Below the pieces are notes generated by a model. That model made no database searches, was not told the DNA's origin, and worked only from the letters and a program-made list of their open reading frames with translations. A stretch of DNA of 62,844 bases, the filler included, from Octopus bimaculoides (lineage: Eukaryota): NCBI RefSeq assembly GCF_001194135.2. It is 9 parts of 9 records of this genome, joined end to end, with 100 filler letters (N's around TTAATTAATTAA, not from the genome) between each part and the next. Parts side by side here need not be neighbours in the genome. Positions count along the whole stretch, not along the records: positions 43,683 to 58,382 come from NC_068997.1; positions 58,483 to 61,169 come from NC_069008.1; positions 61,270 to 62,844 come from NC_069000.1; 6 more parts are not named here. The stretch is one strand, 5' to 3'. Position 1 is the stretch's first letter. Each line of letters begins with the position of its first letter. The position numbers and the translations under genes were made by a program. Below, piece by piece: positions 53,801 through 62,844 of this stretch.

Positions 53801-56360
53801 GAAAATTTATAACAATAACCATAATAAGAAAGAGGTTATAACATAACTTTGTAAGAAAATAGTAGTTAGATTATGAGTTTATTGTTAGTAATAATGGGTT
53901 TCTTGTCAAGAATAATCTATTCACTTGATTCTAGTCCAGTTACATGTACAAAATGAAATGTGTACTTTAACAGTGCAGCTTTTATCATGAACTTATGCAG
54001 CAAAATGGGAAATCAAATCTTTTTGCTTACACGTCTTCTCGATATTTTGACGAATATATGTTGTTTTACCCTGATTAACATGTATCTGAAGGTAATGTGT
54101 GTGTTTGTGTGTGTGCGTGTGTGTGATGTTAATATCCAATGAAGTACGTGATTACACCTAATAGAATATTTCTCTGTTATTTTTCATTAACTTTGATGTT
54201 GGCTATGCATGATATATGATAAAGTATGTAAAAATGTTGGTTTCAAATTTTAGCACAAGGACAGCAATTCTCGAGCGGGGAGTAATTCGATTGCAACGAC
54301 CCCAGTGCTCAACTGTTACTTATGTCATCGAGCCTTAACGGGTGAAATGTAAAGTCCACCCCGGCGGCATCTGAACTCAGAACGTAAAGTCGGAATAAAT
54401 CGTAAAGTCGGAATAAATAATGCGCAGCGTGGTAACGATTCTAGCAGCTCGCCGCCTTAAAGAGTGTAAAAATATTGATATAAATGTATTACTTAAACTT
54501 CTTTTCTATTGCCCAAATGAAATGAAATTATGGTTAAATTCACCTGTCTGCAACTAATCCAATGCTAACATAATAGATATGACAAAAATTCCATTGAAAC
54601 AAAAGCTTGTAATAAAAGAAATAATTCTTAGTCAGAAACCCAACTTTATTTCAATCGTTTCTTCTCTTTCATGTGCCATGCTAAGTACTTTATACAGTCA
54701 ATGAACTTACGCTCGATTTCACACACAGATTTACTGAATCCGTGATTCAAACACTTAATTTTCCCAGTTTTATTATGTGTTATTATCTAAATGTTTTTGG
54801 CGTTTTATGGATATTGATTTTTCTTATTGCATAACAGAGAGAATTTTTCGTCTCTTAGTAATAATAAACTTTCATTAATTATAAATGATCATTATTAGAT
54901 GATCATTCAAGTCAGCTGTTTAAATAATAAATACTAAAGGCGGATTGTTTTCGTTTGACAGTTATATAGTTCAATGAGTGGCTACTGAATTGTGCTGATC
55001 GTAAATCAATAATGCAAATGAATTGGTCAGTTATAGAGAAAAGCTGATCTAAGTAAATAGGTATTTTCTTACTTCTAAAGTATGTTTTCTTTCAATGTTA
55101 GACCCATCGAGCAAACAGTGTATTAAAATGTATGTATACGAAAATCAGACCCATCAGTGCACACAGCTATTATCAAAATGGCCAGTAGTAAAAGAATAGA
55201 GAATAAGTTTGGTTATCAAGTTAACACGCCAAATACTATAAATTCAAAAATCCCTATCACCTGACCTCTTATCAAAACAGTCATGTTGAAAATATCGACT
55301 AACAATGTCAACAAAGTGAGCCAATATTCAATCTTTACTGACACCTAGCATTGTGTCACCTATCTGTCATACTTTATCCATCAAACTGATTTAAGACGAC
55401 TGTCGCTAGAGTTTTCTTTGGTTTTAATGATTAAATATCTACTAACATAGCTTGTGTTGTTGCTGTTATTGTTGTTGTTGCTGATGCGAAACCAACCTTT
55501 TATTTATTATTGCTTACACTGTTAAATTCATCGACCCAGGAAAAACAACACTGATGTTAAGATATTTAGGTTATTATTTTCATGTATAGTAAACAATTCA
55601 AGATGGTCTACAGTCACGGCTTTCTCTTCAAAACTTTATTAAGCATTCGTTACATAGGCGCGGCTATGTGGTAAGAAGCTTGCTTCCCAATCACATGGTT
55701 TTGGGTTTAGTCCACTGTGTGTGTGTATGTGTGTGTGTGTGTATCTGTGTTTGTCCCTCCTCCACCAGTTGAAAACCGGTGTCGGTGTGTTTATGTCCCC
55801 CTAAACTAACGATTCGGCAACAGAAACCACTAGAATAAGCACCAAGCTTTAAAAAAAAGTACTGGGGTCGATTCATTCAACTAAAAAATTTTCAAGGCGG
55901 TGCTCGAACATGGCTGCAGTCTAACGACTGGAACAAGTAAAAGATAGAGCATAAAATGTAGGATTTGTTAGAGGACATTGATGGATAATGTTTATATTTT
56001 CCATTGGAGTATTAATAAAACGGATGACGTGAAGTGGATTCTGAGAATAATGCAGTTGAAACTTTACACTATGGCATTCAATATCTGCATTTTAATTTCT
56101 ACCAGAAATAAAGAGATTGTATTCATGAACGTGTTACATCTGTGATGTGATGTTCATGCTTTTTATAACAGTATTGGCGAAAGAATTGTGACATGAGAAC
56201 TCAGATTCTAGGAATGAGTATAATATTTTTACCTGTAAGAATTGGGAGACGAAATTATGAATTGTTTCCATGGCCATTAACAGTAGAAATGAAAACAACA
56301 AAACAATGGAAAAAAGACAATGAAATTAGCTTTACAAATAAAACCTACAAAAATGCGCAA

Positions 56361-56582
56361 TGCGAGAGGGTACCGAAAAGTTCCTGGCTTCAAGGGTATC
56401 TTGAAAGGCCTGGTCGGAGCCCCAACCTTCTAAGTTCTTTTACCGGGCTTAGAAAAACTGAAGGACCGCTGCAATAAATGTTTGAATCTGAGAAGGGAAT
56501 ATGTTGAATAAAATTATAATTAACTGATCCTCCTGTACTTTCGTTTACCTAAAGTCAGAAACTTCCCAGCATCCCATCGCAT
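56361..56582 (+). mobile_element. Mariner-derived MITE
   Basis: Imperfect ~30-bp TIRs (tgcgagagggtaccgaaaagttcctggctt / aagtcagaaacttcccagcatcccatcgca). The interior encodes the mariner C-terminus-like NKCLNLRREYVE*. Confidence 0.75.
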
Positions 56583-58341
56583 ATGTTACATGATTGTAAG
56601 TCAAGTTCAATAAATGGCCGGCCAGTTTTAATTCTGCCTTTCTGCGTACAAATCCTGTGTAGTTTGACAGTATATTTTATCCATTTGGTGTCACCGATAG
56701 GTTCCAGGCATGAATGAAGACTATAACTACGCAGTAAAACTGAAGGCACGTTCCAACGTCATAAATTATTATCTGATGTTTGGGGGCGATTCCCAGTAGA
56801 AGTATTATTCACTTGAAAATTACTTTTATAAGGTCATATTCCATTCTTTGCGACTAAGAAATCAATATTTCTTCCATTAGGAGAAATGAACTTGATAAAT
56901 AATGCCTAGTCAGTGTTTCCTATCAAATGAGTGTCTGAGGATTTTATTTTATTTATTTCTGCTCTATGATGTCTATTGATGCCACATAAATATATATGTT
57001 TACATGAAAGTAGATTAAACTGCAATGCATATTACATTTTATTTAGAGCACAAATGCTTCTATTCCTACATAATTTATTTCCATTTAAAGTGAAAAGTAT
57101 TTCTGCATTTCTTAATATAAATGTTAACGTTCATACAGAATTAACAATTAGAATCAATTCAAATATTAAGACATGTTTTCTCTCTTCCTGTTTATCATAA
57201 TGAATATTGAATTAGCAAAATAGAAAACTATAGGTTTCTAGGCATTATAATTTGTTCAGTCGACTGTACTTATAGACAGATGGAGAAGAAATGTGTGTCT
57301 GATATGTATAGGAGTACATGTGTGTGCATGATTTTGTGTTTTCGGCTGTATGGACCAAAAATTAGAGCACTCGATGCAAAACAGTGTGTAAAATACGTAA
57401 GTAAAATGCATACAGGTTAACTGTTCATTGGTTGACTCAAAACAAAAATAGTATGGAGGAATGACAGAAGGCAAATTTGAGCAACAATAAAATGTCCACA
57501 CTGCTATGTTCAGGCAGGATGTAAAGAAGTTATGTATGATAATGAGAGGTCGATAGAATGCTGGAAATGTCCAAACCATGTCAAAACGTGCTTAATTGAT
57601 GCTACAATGCACAACTGTGAAAAGGTTCATTCTTTGAAACACACACACTTCAAAAGTGAAGACATGTGCATGTGTATAATACGTGCGCATGTAAGGGCAT
57701 GTGTGTAACTCATATATGTACATGTATCTCTATATCTACATGTAACACAATTCCTATGAGTGCAATTGTGTATACATGAGCATATAGAAGTGTATGCACT
57801 TGTTACATTACATAGATTTGCACAATTTTTCGTGAGTGTATCATTGTATACATTAACATGTACATGAATGGATGTATGTGTCCTTGCTCATGAACATATG
57901 TAGTTTAAAGCTTAGAATAACCTATGTATTTGTGTTTATTCATGTGTGTAAATTGTATATCTATGTTTTGGATGAATGGATGACAACATCGCATATCACG
58001 CACCCTATAAACACCACTGGTAATCGCTAACAGGTTGAATAAAAGGTATTGACATCGATAAACTGAGATATGTGCTTATAAGTCACAACACTTTTCAGTC
58101 TGCCACCGAAGATTTAGGTGTATATATTTTTATCTCATACAGGCGCGCGCACATACACACACTTCATCTTATACACACTAGCGCGTGCGCGCACACACAT
58201 TCACAAACACACTCACACACACATACACACACACATATATATATATATCTGAGTAAGCACATAAATGTGAAAAAAGGTGGGAAAAATAGTACTCGAATAC
58301 CGGAGGTAGAGTTTTATTATTATTATTATTATTAAATAATG

Positions 58342-58382
<41 letters not shown>

Positions 58383-58677
58383 NNNNNNNNNNNNNNNNNN
58401 NNNNNNNNNNNNNNNNNNNNNNNNNNTTAATTAATTAANNNNNNNNNNNNNNNNNNNNNNNNNNNNNNNNNNNNNNNNNNNNGCTTCAAATAAAGAAAAA
58501 AGAACAAATAAAAACTGTTGATTGCTTTCTCCGCAAAAAAATAGTCAAGCGGAAAAAATTTTTATGAACAAATAATAATTTCGTTATTGCTTTCGCTCAT
58601 ATAGATATCGATAACCGATGGATTTTTGGCATGTATAGGCGTATTTTGCGTCATCAGCAACATGCTTTTCTGCATGT

Positions 58678-58727
<50 letters not shown>

Positions 58728-58976
58728 GATCGCCCATGTATCAGGCCTTAAAAGAAATAGTGAACAATACACTTTATCAATACATATTATCGTTCATCAC
58801 ACATCAACAATATACTTTGTCAATATATTTAATCTTTCATCTCGTTTCACTTATTGGACTGCGGTCATGCTGAGGCACTGCTCTGGTGGGCTTTAGCTGA
58901 ACGAATTGACCCCAGTGTATAAAAAAGAAAAAGTACTTGAGTACATTTTGATGAAATGTATTTACTGAGAAATATA

Positions 58977-60107
58977 TGTAGTGAACACTTCTATCGCCAT
59001 TATATACAAACAAACCATCTTATCTCACTATAAATATTAACAAACACGAGCGTAGTAGAAAGCAACTCATTCCCTGTCATCACCTGACTGACTATTTCTT
59101 TGCGCGGGTAAATTATCTCAACCCGTTCGCCTCAGGACGCAAACTGACCAACCACAGCCACTAATAAGGTCACGTGAGAGAGTTCTTCTAATGCTTCTCT
59201 GGAGCCTACCTTCAGCTATAAATAGCCTGCTAGATACCCGGCAAATTCGTCGCGCCTCAGATCTTAGATCTGGCCGCTGGCCACACACGCGTAACACCAA
59301 CCAGCCAGTTCCAGCGACGACATCAACACCATCGTACAACTACGAACTACAAGCNNNNNNNNNNNNNNNNNNNNNNNNNNNNNNNNNNNNNNNNNNNNNN
59401 NNNNNNNNNNNNNNNNNNNNNNNNNNNNNNNNNNNNNNNNNNNNNNNNNNNNNNNNNNNNNNNNNNNNNNNNNNNNNNNNNNNNNNNNNNNNNNNNNNNN
59501 NNNNNNNNNNNNNNNNNNNNNNNNNNNNNNNNNNNNNNNNNNNNNNNNNNNNNNNNNNNNNNNNNNNNNNNNNNNNNNNNNNNNNNNNNNNNNNNNNNNN
59601 NNNNNNNNNNNNNNNNNNNNNNNNNNNNNNNNNNNNNNNNNNNNNNNNNNNNNNNNNNNNNNNNNNNNNNNNNNNNNNNNNNNNNNNNNNNNNNNNNNNN
59701 NNNNNNNNNNNNNNNNNNNNNNNNNNNNNNNNNNNNNNNNNNNNNNNNNNNNNNNNNNNNNNNNNNNNNNNNNNNNNNNNNNNNNNNNNNNNNNAATACT
59801 GTGTATCTCTCGTACCCACATACATGTATTACTTACACACACTCTTTTCTTTACATGACGGCCTGTCTTTTATTGTGTTTCATTATGTCGCATTCACTCA
59901 CACACAGACATACAATTTAATGCTCCAATAAATCTTACTGTTATACATCTTTATCGGTTGAGTCCTATCTTTTATGTTACTGGCATCTACGAATTCCCTA
60001 TGTTATCGAAGTAATTTTGTGTTCGACCGTGTGACGCGTTTAATAAAGGAGCCTGTTTTTCCATTCGTCACCATTTCTCCTTTTGGGTTCGCACGGTCTT
60101 TCTTACA
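58977..60107 (+). mobile_element. Solo LTR (Gypsy-like)
   Basis: Begins TGTA, ends TACA, flanked by 4-bp TATA direct repeats (58973-76, 60108-11). TATAAATA at ~59217 and AATAAA at ~59927 and ~60042. Contains an N gap. Confidence 0.75.
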
Positions 60108-60371
60108 TATACATACGTGCGTACATCAGTGTGGCTGAATGGTTAACTCGCTTTGCAGCCACGTCAATTCACGTGAAAACACATAACAGCACAGGGACAA
60201 AGGTATTTGCTTCTGCAAATCGTCGTTTTATTCTTTTATCTGTTTCAGTCATTTGACTCCGGCCGTGCTGGAGCACCGCCTTAAAGGATTTTAGTCGAAC
60301 AAATCGACCGGGGATGTAAACACACCAATACCGGTTGTCAAGCGGTGATGGGGCACAAACACACACGCACG

Positions 60372-60414
<43 letters not shown>

Positions 60415-60697
60415 CATATATACAACTGGCTTCTTTCAGTTTCCGTCAAACAAATCCACTCAAAAGGCTTTGGTCGGCCAGAGGCTATAGTAGAAAACAC
60501 TTGCCCAAGGTGCCACGCGAAACCGTGTGATTGGGAGGCAAGCTTCTTACCACACAGCCACGCTCACTTTTTACCAACCAAAGTTAAAGAAAACTAAATA
60601 CCAGAGTATGCGGTTATCTCAGGTGACTATTTTTCATAGATTTAAATGGAATATTGTTGTATTTCGGGACAGCCATTTTTTTTTTCTTTTGCCAAAT

Positions 60698-60978
60698 AAA
60701 CACACGCACTATATATTTGTTCCTCACTCGTTTATTACTGTTCTTATTCTAAATCATGTTCATTGCCTGCTTAGAGAATGGACTAAGCGGAGCACACGCG
60801 AGGACGCACACGCGAGGACGCACACGCGAGGACGCACATGCGAGGACGCACACGCGAGGACGCACACGCGAGGACGGAAAGTGTCGTTGAAGAGATCACA
60901 GATTTCCGGACAATGGACATAAGTTATAATAAGAACAGTAATAAACGAATGAAGAACGAATATACAGTGCGTGTGTTT
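60698..60978. mobile_element. MITE-like element with 51-bp TIRs and an internal 14-bp minisatellite
   Basis: TIRs at 60698-60748 and 60928-60978 (about 46/51 identical). Six GCACACGCGAGGAC units at 60792-60875. Confidence 0.75.
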
Positions 60979-61131
60979 GTGGCTGTGTGGTAAGTAGCTT
61001 GCTTACGAACCACATGGTTCCGGGTTCAGTCTCAATGCGTGGCACATTGGGCAAGTGTCTTCTACTATAGCCTCGGGCCGACTAAAGCCCTGTGAGTGGA
61101 TTTGGTAGATGGAAACTAAAAGAAACCCGTC

Positions 61132-61169
<38 letters not shown>

Positions 61170-61642
61170 NNNNNNNNNNNNNNNNNNNNNNNNNNNNNNN
61201 NNNNNNNNNNNNNTTAATTAATTAANNNNNNNNNNNNNNNNNNNNNNNNNNNNNNNNNNNNNNNNNNNNAGCGTGGCCGTTGCCAGTACCATTTTGAGCG
61301 TGGCCGTTTTCGTGCGGGTGACACGTAAAAGCACCCACTACACTCTCTGAGTGGTTGGCGTTAGGAAGGTCATCCAGCTGTAGAAACTCTGCCAAATTAG
61401 ATTGGAGCCTGGTGTTGCCATCCGGTTTCACCAGTCCTCAGTCAAATCGTCCAACCCATGCTAGCATGGAAAGCGGACGTTAAACGATGATGATGATGAT
61501 GATGATGATATATGTTTTTATATATATACACACACATACATATACATACATATATATATTTACATATATACACACACATACATATACATACTTACATATA
61601 TACACACACATACATACATATACATACATATATATATTTACA

Positions 61643-61696
<54 letters not shown>

Positions 61697-62178
61697 TATT
61701 CATACATCATCATCATCGTTTACATATATATTTATATATATACACACACATACATATACATATATATATATTTATATATAAAGTGACTTCAGCACAATTT
61801 GAACTCAGCACGTAAATAGCCAGAACTAGTGAAACAAAGTATTTTTTCCATCACTAGGTTCAAGGCTGCAAATTTTAGAAGATAGCACTGTCAATTAAAC
61901 TGACTTCATTTCTTGACACAAAAACGACACAAAACAATGTTGACTACAGTGGCATTTTAATTCAGAATTTAGAGAGCAATAACAAAATACAAAACGTATT
62001 TTGTCTATTGCCCAGACAATTCTGCCATAATAATACTACCAATAATAGTAAATATGAAATTGCAAAAATTAAGAGCCTTCAGTAATAATCTGTGATGGTG
62101 GGTCTGTATAGGAAACAGCACATACCATTAAGTATCATAAAGGTCTCATTCTGGAAAATTGATTAGTATTATACTTAC

Positions 62179-62367
62179 TAGTTGAAACACTATTTTCTTT
62201 GTCATAGGTCGTGGCGGACTGCCATTTTTTTGACTTAAAACAACAACGTAGAATGGTGTTATTATCCAGAGAAATAATGTAGGTATCCATATCAACACTG
62301 TGTTCTGAAAACATTCTGTAAACTGGGGCCAGCTTCCTGGTTCATTTCCCCAAAGTAAGGATTCATT
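62179..62367 (-). CDS. ABCC1: ABCC1/MRP-type ABC transporter, TMD0 exon
   Basis: Acceptor ctttatctttccAG at 62369-62368 and donor GTAAGT at 62178. 189 nt, phase 0-0: NESLLWGNEPGSWPQFTECFQNTVLIWIPTLFLWIITPFYVVVLSQ..., carrying the MRP1 motif FTxCFQNTVLxW. The exact paralog (ABCC1/2/3-like) cannot be resolved. Confidence 0.88.
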
Positions 62368-62844
62368 CTGGAAAGATAAAGAGAGAAGATACACTAAAAA
62401 TGTTTGGAAATATCATTACATAAAGGTGCATGAAGTAACATTACTTTGATCATCATTTTTTTGTATAATATTGTTTAGATGATATATTACAGTTATTCAT
62501 TCCATCATATGCTTACCTGGAGTTTGTAACTGCATACATACATACATATATATATATATATACATACACCTATGCATACATCTATATATATATGTATATG
62601 TACATACACATATGCATACATATATATATATGTATATATACATACACATATGCATACATATATATATACATACACATATGCATACATATATATATATATG
62701 TATATATACATACACATATGCATACATATATATATATATATGTATATATACATACACATATGCATACATATATATATATATATGTATATATACATACACA
62801 TATGCATATATATATATATATGTATATATACATACACATATGCA

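Noticed and set aside
53974-54091. Possible plus-strand exon (cag...gaag|gtaatg)
   Set aside because: No recognisable protein in any frame and no neighbouring exons.

Overview
AT-rich, microsatellite-saturated animal genomic DNA. The repeat content suggests an octopus-like cephalopod (inference). It is broken by many N gaps and by eight artificial 100-nt spacers (N44-TTAATTAATTAA-N44), so adjacency across these joins is unreliable. I recognise parts of two host genes, both on the minus strand: the last coding exon of Hakai/CBLL1 (HYB zinc-binding motif plus a long Q/P-rich tail, 37202-38535) and the TMD0 exon of an ABCC1/MRP-type transporter (62179-62367). The rest is mostly mobile-element debris: two tRNA-derived SINE families, RTE-clade LINE fragments (two with tandem C2H2 zinc fingers), Penelope-like (PLE) GIY-YIG remnants, piggyBac, hAT and mariner derivatives, MITEs, a solo LTR with a TATA TSD, and minisatellites. 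The main unexpected signal is a set of type I hammerhead-ribozyme motifs from at least three, possibly five, unrelated sequence families. One is nearly intact (17381-17477), one sits in a box-B-headed SINE-like element (49120-49165), and others lie at the centres of ~500-bp palindromes (10341-10842, 41190-41690). All folds were done by eye; no alignment or database search was run.
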